From Antedon mediterranea (taxonomy: Eukaryota > Animalia > Echinodermata), in the NCBI RefSeq assembly GCF_964355755.1, contig NC_092672.1, positions 7,564,001 to 7,628,000 of the forward strand: a stretch of 64,000 nt of DNA. Direction: 5' to 3'. Position 1 is the first letter of the stretch. Every line of letters begins with the position of its first letter. Under the pieces are notes generated by a model. That model made no database searches, had not been told where the DNA came from, and saw only the letters and a program-made list of their open reading frames with translations. Position numbers and translations under genes: made by a program. This document shows, piece by piece, positions 51,301 to 64,000 of the stretch.

Positions 51301-54300
51301 TATAATATCAGCAGAGAAACCTTTACGTTGTCCACTACTGTCGGTACGAAACAAAACAAGCAATGTGTTACTTGTCGACAATATATCTGGTGGCAAGTCA
51401 CTACCGCAGTAATTGGCAATAATATGTTCGTAGTCAACTAACACATAATCATGACAGTCGGGTTCGAGATGAAAATCAGAGAATTTGAGCAATAGTAAAT
51501 GTCCAGAATTTGTACGAAACTTCCAATTGTAGCTCAGATTATCAACATAGTTGCTGGGATAATTTGGTGATGTAATATTCATCGACTGCTTTGGAATTAG
51601 AAAGTATTCGCCAGACCATTCCGTTTGACCTTTAAAGGAAAAACCATTCATTTATGTTTTATAATCCTAAACAACAGAGACAATCAATACTTTTTTTAAT
51701 TACACCATAGTGTTTTTGAATTGTTTTCTGGTCTAATCTTTATCATAATTTTATATTATTACTATAGTTAGTCTTTCTTTCTTAGGAACATTGGCCAGAA
51801 CATTTATTATATATTAACTTAGCACGATTAAAATATATGCTTTCTTTTTTACTTGACATTAATAAAATAAATTTTAGTTGGTTTAATTTTCTCGGTTTAC
51901 TGTTTTGGTAAGTCCAGCAGCGAAAACTTGGTTTCATAAAACGTGGTTTGCCAAGACAGTGTTATCAATTATCATCAGTAAGGTACTGTATATGTACAAT
52001 GATGAGTATTACTTTCTTTGGTCTTTTGTGGATTTTAATATTTTGCAGTAGTCATGTCACAATATATATGTAATACATAGTGATGACATAAATGGTGGTG
52101 ACATAATCAACAATTGTATATACCCGAAAACATTAACAAAGATATTACTTCAAATATTACACTATCACAAGAATCATCAATGTAACTTTTGTCAAGTAAA
52201 AAATAATACAGGATTATCACACAATTTGAATATGTACATTAAGCAGTTGGTTCATCTACAAGTTACACAGTCACAAATTATTTATTTTTGATAAAATTTA
52301 AAATAATGTCAGGTAAAAGTTAGGATAATCTTTCAAAACATAAAATAATTTACAGATAACAGATCAATAAAAAGATCAATTTAAAAAGTTCCAACAGAAT
52401 AACAAAAGTTGAACTGATTTATTTCGAATCTATAAAACATAAGACAATAACAATAATATAATAATAATATTAAGACAATAGATCCAGGACGACCCAATCA
52501 ATCCTAAACACAGAAGAATTAGTTTCCATCGAGATCATAAAAAGTGTGAAAATAAGAAAATAAAAACGATAAAAGTAATTTAAGTTGATAACAAGGAATA
52601 GAAATAATTTCAATAGATCACATCCCATAGTAACTCACTCCTGTGAGTATACCTTCAACCCACATCGTATTTCGGAGGGACCGTTCTAACAGAGGTGGTG
52701 GTATTCTCACTGCAGTACATACCTCTCTTGCACCAATTCGTCTAAATGACCTTGAACCTAACGATCTTGAGCTGATATGGGTGATGTGCAGTGGTCACAA
52801 ATGTAAGTGGCTAATTGGCACCATATACCGTCCTCCGTCATCCACAGCTGCATACTGGGAGAAACTCCAAGTTGCATTAACCAACATCGAGCACAAGATT
52901 CACGACGTCACAGGTATCATCCCTTGGAGATCTTAACATCGACTGGTTGGTGAACACATCTGGCAAACGTCATTTAGTTGATATAACGGAAACATATGGA
53001 CTTGTTCAATTAGTCCCAACGTTCACTCGACCTTCATTGGATGATCCAACAGAAGGAACTTTTATTGATCACTTCTACATGAATCCGTCTGACAGTCTTT
53101 CGTTAATACAAACCGCAGACAATCCACTTGAATCTAACCACTTTGCTGTTGAATACAAATTTCAAATGCGAAAAGCTCAACCTGAACCAGCACTTATAAG
53201 GCAGTTTTTGTCTTATGCGAATGCTGACACTAATCATCTTAACCAGTTATTGCACCTTGCCCCGTGGTGTATGGTGATTGACCATCAAGACATCAACTCA
53301 TCTTGGGAAGGCTGTCTGGACCTACTAGAGGCCGCGGTTAGAGACAGTTTCCCAGTGGTGATACGCAAGAAATCCAAGAACAAACCATGGATTACGATCG
53401 ACATCTTACGGCTAGCCAACAAGAAACGAGCTCTGTTTATAAAGTTTGTGAAGACTCAATCAATGGACATTTGGACTAAATATAAACAAATTAGAAATGA
53501 TTTATAATACAAGACCAAAAGAGCGTATTATAATTATGTAAATAAATTGTTTTCATCTCCTGATAACAAACGTAGATTCTGGGGACATGTCAGAATGAAA
53601 CGGAAGTCTTCCTGTGCTAGTGTTTTCATGCTTGATGGAGCACAAATTGAAAAGCCGGAAGATATCGCTCAAGGCTTTCAAAATGTCTTTTCGTCCGTTT
53701 TTAATTATTCTGAGAATATTCCAGATACTCCTTTACCTTGTTTATATCCACTACCAACCTTATCTAATGTTTATTTTTCTGTTTCACAAATCACTAGCAT
53801 GTTGCAGAAGCTTAAAACAAACAAGGCTGCAGGCCCAGACAACTTGTCCCCCAAGCTTCTCCAGCTCTGTGCCCCGACATTTTCCCCAGTTCTTTACGAG
53901 TTGTTTAAAATTTCAATTTCATCAGGTTGTGTGCCAGAAGGTTGGAAGAGGGCACATGTCACCCCTATCTTTAAGAAAGGAGTGACTGCCGATTTTAACA
54001 ACTACCGCCCGGTGGCTTTAACATCTGTTGTGGGTAAATTGCTAGAGAGGCTTGTGGTGCAAGCACTTCTAAAACATGCTACTGACAATTGCTTGTTTAT
54101 CGAAAACCAACATGGGTTTTTACCTAATAAATCATGTGCCACGCAACTTGCAACTATTATCCATGACTGGTCCTCTGTTTTAGATAAAAGATCTCCACCC
54201 CATATTGATGCCATTTTTTAGATATCTCGAAGGCCTTTGACCGGATGCCTCATGACATTCTCCTCAATAAGCTTTCCCAGCAATTTAACATTACTGGTGA

Positions 54301-57300
54301 TATATGGTACTGGTTAAAGTCTTTTTTAATTAAAAGATACCAAAAGGTTCAATTTAAAGGGTCTTCATCTAACTGGGTGGAGGTAACCAGTGGGGTACCT
54401 CAAGGCAGTGTACTCGGTCCCATTCTTTTTAACTTTTTTATTAACGATATTATTTGTTCACTTAAATGTAAAACTGCTATTTTTGCTGATGATACTCTTA
54501 TTTATAATGCAATTAACTCTCCTCAGGATTCTCTAAACCTTCAAGTTGATCTGGATCGACTTGGTCTGTGGAGCCAAGCAAATCGCATGCCTTTCAATGT
54601 TATGAAGACGAATGTCCTGCATGTCACACGTTCGCGTAACAGACAGTTGTCTAAATACCTTTTGTTTGGCTCTCATATTAGTCCGGTGACATCTTTTAAA
54701 TACCTTGGTGTTACTTTTAACTCAAAATTGACCTGGGATGACCATGTCCATGTCATTGTTTCCAAAGCTAAACGTATTTTGGGCTTTGTTTGGAGTGTGG
54801 CTGGACATGCTTCGACCAGTGCATTTTTGTCTTTGTACAAAAGTCTTGTTTTGCCTGGTCTGGAGTATGCGCAACCTGCTTGGTTTCCATGGACGAAGTC
54901 TTTGTCAGATCAGCTTGAGGGGGTCCATAGGAGAGCAACTCGTCTTGCTCTCAAACAGCATCGTGGACAGATGTGCTTTGAGGAGAGGTTAAATTTGCTT
55001 TCAGTTTCATCTTTGTCTGTTAGAAGAGATACATTTCTTATTATATTTTGTTTTAAGCTTCTGGTGGGGTTTCTGGACTGTAACTCGCTGTAACTGTATT
55101 TTGTCTTTACGTCTTTTATGTGTTAACTGACTTTGGGGTTGGGTCAACCGGCTCAGCTACAGTGATTAAGTTCACTTAGGTTGACCCTGGTCTCCCCAAT
55201 TTCAGGTTTTTTGTTTTGTATATAATTAAATAGACCAAATAAATAATGAAATGGAATGAAATGAAAAAAGCGGTGACGATGAAATATTACTACTATTTCA
55301 CGAAATACAGTAGGCCTACAGACTGCATTATCATGTCTTTCAGAGAAATTTAACAATCTTAATTATTCTTCTCTGTTAATATTCTACAGATTGGAGTATT
55401 TTATGAATTTAATGATGACAATATTACACATTATTGTAAGTGCTATGGTTTGTATATTACCATTTCTTAGTAAACTAACTAACTATAAATTACTTATTAA
55501 TTTGTGAAAATTCCACCATTTTCAGTTTAAGTCGAGAATTTAATGCTATGGTCCTGATGTTGAAGAGCAGTGTTTTCTACTTCTGGTGATGTTGTTATGA
55601 TAACTGCAATTACACGTAATTTGCTATCATATTATAAATTGTAATTGTATTAAATGTCAAAATATTTAGAGGTGTATGTCCTCTTCTTCGCCGAAACACT
55701 ATTTATTTTGCATTAGCTTCTAAATTGTCAATGTCAGTCAATAAGTTCAGAATAATGTTCGTAATAGTAGATCATAATTTTTTGCGTAAACAGTAAAATA
55801 TCAAGATATTTACCTTTAGTAACCGTAAGGTCAGTGGTGGTAGTGATATCGGAAGTAGCTGGATTGGTCGTAGTACCGTTAGTAGCAGGATTAATTTTAG
55901 TGGAATCAGTAGTAGCTGGATTAGTATTAGTAGGATCGGTAGTAGGATTAGTAGCCGTATTATCCGTAACAACATGATCGATAGGATCGGATTTTGCAGG
56001 ATTATTATGCGTAGTATTAATAGTAGTAGAGTTAGTGATAGCGGCATCGGAGGTAGCAGTATTAGAAAGCGTATCTGTAGTTGCAGGATTCATAATTGTA
56101 TTATCCGTAATACCAAGATTAGTAGAAATGATATTAGTAGTAGCAAGATTATTAGAAGTAGATGTATCGGTTGTATATATGGTTGTGGTATCCTTTAAAA
56201 TTGGAGGCATCGGTTGATTAGAATAATCTATAATATTAATATAATAATAATAATTCGCTTTTCTAAAATGTAACTACAATTAATATTTTACTATATAAAG
56301 CAATATACTAATTTCAACCCAGTTTCATCAGTCAATAGGGTTCGTCGAAACAGTGATTCTATGATTTATAAAAATCTTGGCTGTTTGGGGTACTGTAGGA
56401 AGAGGGGTGAGTGGGGTTGGCGCAGATAGAGATTAAAATGGTATGGGGAAATACAGTACTCTTAACTATCCCATGTTTTGTATGAAACAGAATAATTCGA
56501 TTAAAATATTAATTAACAAATTTAAATAAAATAAACATATACATACTGTACACTCGTCCCTGATAATTTTTTTTTTTTAATTTGTATGGTGTTATATAAA
56601 CATAAATTCTAACATTTAAATTAACATCCTACCGTTGTACACTTTAATACCAGAAGAGAAACCTCTACGTTGTCCACTGTTATCGGTACTAAACTTAACA
56701 ATCAACGTGTTATTTATAGACAAAGTGTCTGGTGGCAAATCCTGACCGTCGTATCTGACAAGTGTACCTCCATCATCAACTGACACGTAATCATAGAATT
56801 CTTCGACATAAAAATCAAAAAATGTGAGCAACAGCAAATGTCCAGGATATGTACGAAACGTCCAATTGTAGCTCAGATTATCATCATACTTGTTTTGGTG
56901 ATGATAATGTGGTGATGTAATATTCTTCGACTGATTTGGATATAAAAAGTACTCAAAAGACCATTCCGTTTGACCTTTAACAAACGAAAAACATTCATTA
57001 AGTAAAACTATGTTTAAATAATTCGAAACAATATACACTGATATAACAAGGGAAGAGTTAACCCTGGATATAACCCTAGTAATTATTTATCGATTACAAC
57101 GCTGGTGTTTTTGTATTTTTTGTTGTTTTTGCTTGATCTTTTCATAATGTGATATTATTATTATAAAGATATAGAGTCACCGTAGTTCCACTGATACGCT
57201 TGTTTCTTCTTTTTACGTATTTTTTAAAATTTACCCTAACCTTAAAGAAAGTTATGGTAAATCTTCTTCTTTATAGCAATGTGAATGACACATTTATTGA

Positions 57301-60300
57301 ATGTCACATATTTTCTATATTGCGCATATTAAAACAAAATATAAATTAATTAAAAATAGAATAAAATATTAAATAAACATACCTTCAAAACTTTCACTAA
57401 CAAAAATATCATCAACAACTATAAGTCCTTTTGATGAGGTTTTTCCGAAAGCAATTCCGCGAATCAATATATTTGGAATTAAACTGTTACTAAATATTGC
57501 ACTTGCAAATTTCCATCCACCACTCGCTGTTTCATGAATGACAATAAAATCCTCAACAAAGCCATCTAAATAATATGTTACTTGAAGCTTCTGAGTGTAA
57601 GTTTGACTGCTTATGTAATAATAAAACTGAATAGATGCGTATTTCCAATTAGTTGGTAAATCTGAAAATTGAATGTCTGCAACATACCCTTGTTCATCAG
57701 AAGAATCAATATAAATATAATAATTTCCTTTAAAAAATAATGGAAATAAAGAGGTTGTTAATAATTCGATTTTTAAATGATTTACTCTATCTTTAAACAT
57801 ACAGCAGCAATGGAAACTAATTCTTAAATAACCTATTTAGTCTACATTAGTAAACACTGTGTTTGCAAACGCAGAGTTTGCTCGAGTGTGAAAACTAAAC
57901 TTTGCTTCCTGGGTTATTGCATCTCCACCCTAAAACAACTACAACAAAAACAATTTTAATCACTTCTTTTCTTGTCATTTAATAGTGTTTTAATAAGTTT
58001 TATCATCTAAAAATTTTTAATGGAGAAAAATGTGATTGTTCTATATAGGCCTATGTGTATATATTTATTTTTATCCTATATTATGATATGATATATGATA
58101 TGTGTAATATTTTAATACAAAGAGTAAGAGGTAGACTAATATTATGTCATTATGTTAAAAATCTATTTTATGGCAATAAAAGTGGGACGAGCCCACGAAG
58201 GACATAATACTAAACTTTGCTAGTGATCAGTATTCGTTGTGTGTTTAGCGGTGCTAAAATAAGTTTCTAAAGTGAATGATGAGGAAACATTATTTAGATC
58301 AGTATTAATAGTATGTTTTCTATAATTACTATAGTGGAAATAGTGAATGGCCAGTATGTAAATAATTTTGTGTGTGCTTGCTAAAAATGGCACGTACTAA
58401 ATATGATTGCTGACGTGTTTATGTGGAGGGTTTCTAACTTACTATTGGAGCCTGAGTGGCCAGAACTTGAATTGCTTATACTATTATTTGAGCGTTGCCA
58501 CACTGGTGAATGAGCATCAGGAGTCCAACCATTAAAATCATATTCAAAGTCAGCGCAAAAGCCTTCTGTTTCTATATTAAAATAAGATTAAGAAAAATAT
58601 AAATTTCTAAAATACATTTTATGAAATTTGTTCTATAATAAAACGTTGATATAATAAGTTATGAGCAATATACTGAAATAAAATAATATCGAACATTAAT
58701 ATAACACTTCCAGTCACAATGGTCTGGCAACAATAGAAACACAAAACATGAACCTATGAATTAGATAAACTAGAATTATGGCCAATAAGAGAATTCCAAA
58801 TGTTTAAAGTTAATAAGTTACATTATTTAGTACATAGTGTTGTTTTACCGTTGCCTAGTAGAGGCTTAATCAGAGGAAAGGGGTTTTCAGTGTTCATAAG
58901 ATTGTTTTTTAATACTTTAACTTCAAAATTTAGTGTTTGATTCTGTTATGTTACATATTTTGAGGAAATTGCATTTGGAAGATTCTTGCTTAGTCGTTCT
59001 ACAAGTCTGCATTTCAAAGGTCAAATTAATATTAGTAATTAACCTTTAAACTTTTCTCTCTCTTTTCACAGGTCGAACACCATGACATAATCAATTGGGT
59101 TGTGTATGTGCAACACGTCAGGTGAAATAATGCTTTAAGGGTCTGTCACACCTGTTCCGGCACGGTTTCGGTCCAAATTGCAAATTGAGTCGAACGTAAA
59201 TGTTTCGTTTTCACGCGGCCAAGCGCATATAGATTGACGCATGGCCACGTGGATTTGAAATGTTGACAAACCATTAATACAAAATATGCTAACCAATCAT
59301 AAACATAATACTACAATTATTAATATTCTGAAGAGTGGATTTTTCCAAGTGTACATCCAAACATCACATGATCTTTGGAGACCACGTTTACAATTTTGTA
59401 CCGGTACAGTCCACAACATGGCTGTTTACTATAGTTTTATTGTCCTGATCAGACAGCTTATTTAGAAGAATGAATAACTGTTTAATCACCTACCGTTGTA
59501 CACTGTAATATTACCAAAAAAACCATTACGTTGTCCACTACTGTCGGTACGAAACATAATAATCAATCTGTTACTTGTCGACAAGGTGTCTGGTGGAAAG
59601 TCTGTTTCGCAGTATTTTACAGTAGTATTTCCGTCGTCAATTAACACATAATCAAAACAGTCGGGTTCGAGATGAAAACTATAAAATGTGAGCAATAGTA
59701 AATTTCCAGGATATGTACTAAACGTCCAATTGTAGATAAGATTATCATCATAGTTGCTGGGATAATTTGGTGATGTAATATCCCTCGGCTGATTTGGACA
59801 TAGAAAGTACTCGCCAGACCATTCCGTTTGCCCTTTAAAAGTAAAAACACTCATTTAGTTTTTATAATCCCGAACAACAGAAACAACCAATATGATTATT
59901 TTTTTCAATTACACTCTAGTATTATGTAATTGTTTTTTGGCCTAATCGTCATCATTATAATGTTGATATCAGCCTATTACTATAGTCTTTCCTAGGAATA
60001 TTACCCGGGACATTCATCAAATACATAGTTCATTGGCCCGAATACGACAACAATTTAAATAATTTACAATAAAGTCAATTTATGTGTGCGTTAAATAATG
60101 CTTTCTCTTTTTTATAAGCAACGTAAATGAACGATTAAAACATTTGTATACCCGAAAATATTAACACAGATATTCAATCAAATATTACACAACTATCACA
60201 AGAATCATCAATGTAACTTTTGGCAAGTAAAAATAATACAGGATTATCACATACTATTTGAATATATTTTTATAAAGATTATACATTAGCAGTTGGTCCA

Positions 60301-60983
60301 TCTACAAGTTACACAGTCACACATTATTTATTCTTTCCAACAATTGTATTAAAAAATAATGTTTGTAAAATGTTAAGATAATCTTTCGAAAACTAAATTT
60401 ACAGATAACAGAGCAATGATAAGATCAATTTAAGAAAGTTACAACACACAAAGATTATGATTGTTACACTGCGTGTTGAGCTTATTTCGATTCTAAAAAC
60501 ATGAACATTGATAGAATAACACAATAGATTCAGGACGACCCTATTAATCCTTTAATATGTATTGTCCCCCTCCCCAAAATATGTAATAAAAAAGATCAAA
60601 TAAAAGAATGGAATGAAGAATATACATTCTTTCCTTTAAAAAAAAAAAACAATAATTCCACTTAAAAAAAACTTACATAGAACATAAACGGAAACATCCA
60701 AAAGTCATTGTCTGACAAACAATTCAAATTACAGTTTTTTAGGTGAATGCTTTTTTTCAACCTAATTTCAATCAAGATAATTAATAACTATTATGTTCAA
60801 TTAAAATGGCATTATTAAAACATATTTTCAAGGAGACAATTTTTTTTTAACACAGAAGAATTAGTGTCCATTGTGGTCCTAAAAAGTATGAAACTAAAAA
60901 AATGCATAGTTAAACTTACCAACAGAAAAATAGTTTAGGTTGATAACAAGGAATAGAAATGTTATCAACAGAACACGTTCCAT
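45355..60983 (-). CDS. Adhesion GPCR gene B (SP-CUB-MAM-CUB-mucin-...-CUB-mucin-short GAIN/GPS-7TM)
   Basis: Exons (minus): SP 60920-60983 (MERVLLITFLFLVINLNYFSV), CUB 59494-59832, MAM 58443-58571 + 57383-57727, CUB 56633-56974, S/T 55814-56227, CUB 51291-51629, S/T 50668-50817, GAIN 50360-50458, 50148-50217, 49643-49751, 49450-49529, GPS 49062-49173 (CNCTHLTSFVVLL), 7TM 48624-48724, 47672-47777, 47125-47345, 46827-46890, 46485-46585, 45989-46157, tail 45355-45534 (TAG). Joining across the LINE is inferred from phase only. Confidence 0.8.
47843..48359. mobile_element. Non-autonomous DNA transposon (MITE) with ~50-bp TIRs
   Basis: AGAGAGGTTTCGCAATCTTACGAATACGATAACGAAAACGGATACGTCAC ... GTGACGTATCCGTTTTTGTTATCCTATTCGTAAGATTGCGAAACCTCCCT; ATT on both flanks. 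Confidence 0.85.
52565..52628 (-). pseudogene. Dead duplicate of the gene B signal-peptide exon
   Basis: MGCDLLKLFLFLVINLNYF is homologous to 60920-60983 but lacks the GTAAG donor; the LINE sits 7 bp upstream of its ATG. Confidence 0.75.
52636..55266 (+). mobile_element. 5'-truncated, degenerate CR1/L2-group LINE (APE endonuclease + reverse transcriptase)
   Basis: RRDRSNRGGG, YRPP, GDLN (APE); GPD, NYRPVALTS, QHGF, KAFD, GVPQGSVLGP, FADDT, YLG (RT); frameshifts near 52925 and 54219, in-frame TAA at 53505-53507; AATAAA and (TGAAA)n tail. Confidence 0.93.
55515..55603 (-). pseudogene. Degenerate duplicate of the first GAIN exon of gene B, with in-frame stop
   Basis: gcag|TT ATC ATA ACA ACA TCA CCA GAA GTA..., homologous to 50360-50458; compensating +2/-2 indels, then TAA at 55527-55529. 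Confidence 0.75.
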
Positions 60984-61544
60984 AGTAACTTAAAACAGGC
61001 GACGATGAAATATTATTAGTATTAAATTAAAGAAATACCGTGGCAATATAATTATTTCTCCATGGAAATACAGTAGACCTACAGACTGCATAAGTCTTTT
61101 AAACAAATCATAACACTCCAATCCTAACCATAAGATTTAACTGTCTTAATTATTCTTCTCTGTTAATATTCTACATATTGGAGTATTTTATGAATTTAAT
61201 GATGACAATATTACACCTTATCTTAAGTGCTATGGTTTGTATATTACCATTTCTTAGTAAACTCAAAAGAGTTATTATTAGATTAGTCTCCATCGTCACC
61301 ATGGAAAGAACATTAATTTGTTAAGGTTAAACAACATTCAAGAGTGTTTCAATGTAATATTTTTAATAACGGTTAAATTCATCACTATAATTTTTATTAC
61401 GACGTGAAATGAAAAGCATCTAAGTTGTTGGAAAGGGTTGTTTACTTACAACTCAGTAATTATCTTGGAGAAAACAACCTGATATAAATAATAAATTGCA
61501 AGCAGGGTTTGTAAATCTCTATTCGACTAACACGTGTCTTACCT

Positions 61545-62595
61545 TCCTAACAATAATACGAATTTGTAATGAATAATAATACGAATTTCTAACGCGCAAA
61601 TTCCAGCAGTAAGTGATCAAAGGCGCAGAGTATGAGAGAGCTCAATTTGAAAGAACAAGGCCAACAGCCATTAAGTCGCGTGCTACAATGCATAGTGATA
61701 CCGGACCGACAGACAAACAGACCGACAGACAGACGGACCGACCGACAGACGGACCGACCGACATAGTGAACTATACTGACCGAAATTACTGAACATGTTT
61801 AAAAATGTTGAAATGTTTAAAAACATTTATATTTTTTTAATTTACACGTGCGTAGCCTGTCACTTTTGACGTGCTCGTATAACGTAATTTCGAGTTGAAA
61901 AGTAAGTCAAGAAAACAGAAATCGGGCAAGAAGAGTGCGCAATAACATTTAACGCGCAGTGCGTGCGCAAAAATCTGCGCACTCATGGCAATTTTGTAAA
62001 CGCTTAAAATTGCCTGAAACGTACTCTTATTTCATCGACAATAAATTTTGAAAATTTTAAGCGCGCGTACGCATGCGTTACATGCGCTACGCACGTAATT
62101 GTATTGCCATATGATGATTTATGCCCTGACATTTATGAGTACCAAATTTTATTTAATTGTGATTCATGGTTGTTAAGATATGATTACAAACGTGATTTCG
62201 TTAAATCGTGCGTAGACCGCGTAATTTTTTATTGCGCACCGTGAAAACATAACCACATCGATTCCTGGCCATAAGGAATATTCTGTGAAAAATTGACTTA
62301 GCTAGATTAAACTGATATCAAGATAAGGTCATAAAGCGATAAAACGCATAGTGATACCGGACCGACAGACAGACAGACAGACAGACCGACAGACAGACCG
62401 ACAGACAGACAGACAGACAGACCGACCGACCGACCGACATAGTGAACTATAGAGTCGCTTCCACGCGACTAAAAAGATGACTTTTCAAGGCAGATTTAAA
62501 GGCGATAGAAGAAGAACATGACATAACAGAGGCGGGTAGGTCATTCCATAAGCGAGAGGCAGCGGAACTACAGGTGCTTAGGCTATACGTTAGAT
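61545..62595 (-). mobile_element. 3' fragment of an L2/CR1-type LINE interrupted by the HINE element
   Basis: Minus strand SSAASRLWNDLPASVMSCSSSIAFKSALKSHL at 62475-62570; 3' UTR and (TAT)n-like tail resume at 61545-61653. Confidence 0.6.
61654..62474 (-). mobile_element. Helentron-associated non-autonomous element (HINE/DINE-1-like) with (GTCT/GTCG)n microsatellites
   Basis: Minus 5' end TTTTAGTCGCGTGGAAGCGACTCTATA; 3' end CACGCGACT sub-TIR + GGCTGTTGGCC stem-loop + TTGTT; two microsatellite blocks (61700-61765, 62358-62438). Confidence 0.75.
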
Positions 62596-64000
62596 CACAT
62601 TAGAAAACAAACAGATGGAAGCAGGATGGCATATTGACGAATTATAATCTAATAATTAACGAATGAGTTGTTGACGAATTTGGAATGTTGAAAAAATAAC
62701 AACAAAAAACCAAAAAACAATGGAGTCAGCAGCTGAAAGAACGAAACGGCGAAATACAACGATGCCATTTGATTGTCAAATACACACATTTTAGTATTAG
62801 AACAATTGTATAAAACCGATTCTATTGATTGATAATAATATATGTACCGATGTCCGCATGTGTGCTACTATTATGTAAAGCTTGCACTAATTATTATAAA
62901 TTACTGATAATACAATTTATGTATAAAAATATATGAATTGCGATTACTGCGTACATGTACGAGTGTTTATTGATTATTTGGCTCAACATACAGTTTTTTT
63001 TTGGGGGGGGGGGAGGGGTGGGTAATGTACGATGTCGACAAAGCTTTCAAAACAATGACACGTGACAAGTCATACTTGTTTAGCATTGCTGTCTGACATG
63101 ATTTATTTTACAAAATATTATTGAAAATGAAAAATAGTAACATTGTCATTTTGTTATTCAATGCAATAAATTGTAGATTACAGATTTATTTAATTATTAA
63201 ATAATTTTCCACAAATTTCGATAGAACAAAAATCACGTGATAACCTCCAGTAATTATGCAAAGCAAATAGTGTGACTTAATAATACATGTATGCATATGA
63301 CGTTACTTACAAGTACCGGTAGTTCTACAATATTAAAGTAGTACAACAAATTAAAAACCGACTATTCAAATAATGTAAAAACAGAATGATTAATTCATTA
63401 CAAACTCTAAAAATTCCGTTTAAAAAGACGACGTCATAGAATACGGTAGTTCAACGCAAAGCAGTTCAGTGTGAACAACTCCCGTATTACATGTGCTTTA
63501 AAGATAATCAGAGCAAACATATAATTTTAACACATTAATTATAATATAAATAAAATAATTATACACAGCAATATATACAATACACAAACAAATACAAATG
63601 GTTTATGTTGGTGTGGGTTTATCAAAGGTTGCTTCCAGGCTAGAATGTTCAATTGCGGCCTTTGTTTGTCCTAATTGGCCCTGATTATTCGAATGAGGAA
63701 TGTGAATTAAGCCCCTTTCTCACAGAGTTGTGTGCCAGGAATATTGCGGGAATATACCATTACCATGCCGGTATGGTTTTCTGTGAGAACGGGTCGTCTT
63801 GGCATCATGCCGGCACCATGCCGGCATCGACATGACCTGCTTTAGACCTAGTAATATTCTAGGGATATTCCCCGCAATGCCAGACGGGCATTCTGTGAGA
63901 ACGTATCGCCGTTATATTCCGGGGTTTCCCGTCGAGGCTTTGACACCTTGCGCAGTCAAGTGTATCACTTTGGCGCCTATTCAATTCAATTAACAATAAT

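Noticed and set aside
52643-55093. RT ORFs as a retron, DGR or domesticated RT gene
   Set aside because: APE + RT order, tandem-repeat tail, 5' truncation, frameshifts and a stop identify a decayed LINE

Overview
AT-rich, intron-rich animal genomic DNA. An invertebrate deuterostome, possibly an echinoderm, is inferred from gene content; this is not a prokaryotic window. (1) 1-23048 (+): the 3' part of an agrin gene, with domain order Kazal/follistatin repeats, Ser-Gly GAG region, lustrin-like module, 2 laminin-EGF, Kazal, antistasin-like module, S/T mucin region, then EGF/LamG x3. I traced about 28 exons by splice sites and phase. They include two 33-nt GAG-site microexons and a GC-AG intron. 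A further 27-nt candidate microexon sits at the position of the vertebrate neural z/B splice site, flanked by Rbfox and Nova-type motifs. (2) 25.7-30.9 kb: a satellite built from palindromic units, and a 2.4-kb foldback element with a nested 9-bp-TSD MITE in both arms. (3) 30.9-42.3 kb and 45.4-61.0 kb (-): two tandem adhesion GPCR genes (CUB/MAM/mucin - short GAIN/GPS - 7TM). Each contains an internal duplicate of its own promoter + signal-peptide + CUB cassette. The duplicate is intact in gene A. In gene B it has lost its splice donor and carries a CR1/L2-group LINE insertion. Many MITEs, Helentron-like elements and LINE fragments are scattered through the introns. All gene models are hand-derived from sequence and need RNA-seq confirmation.
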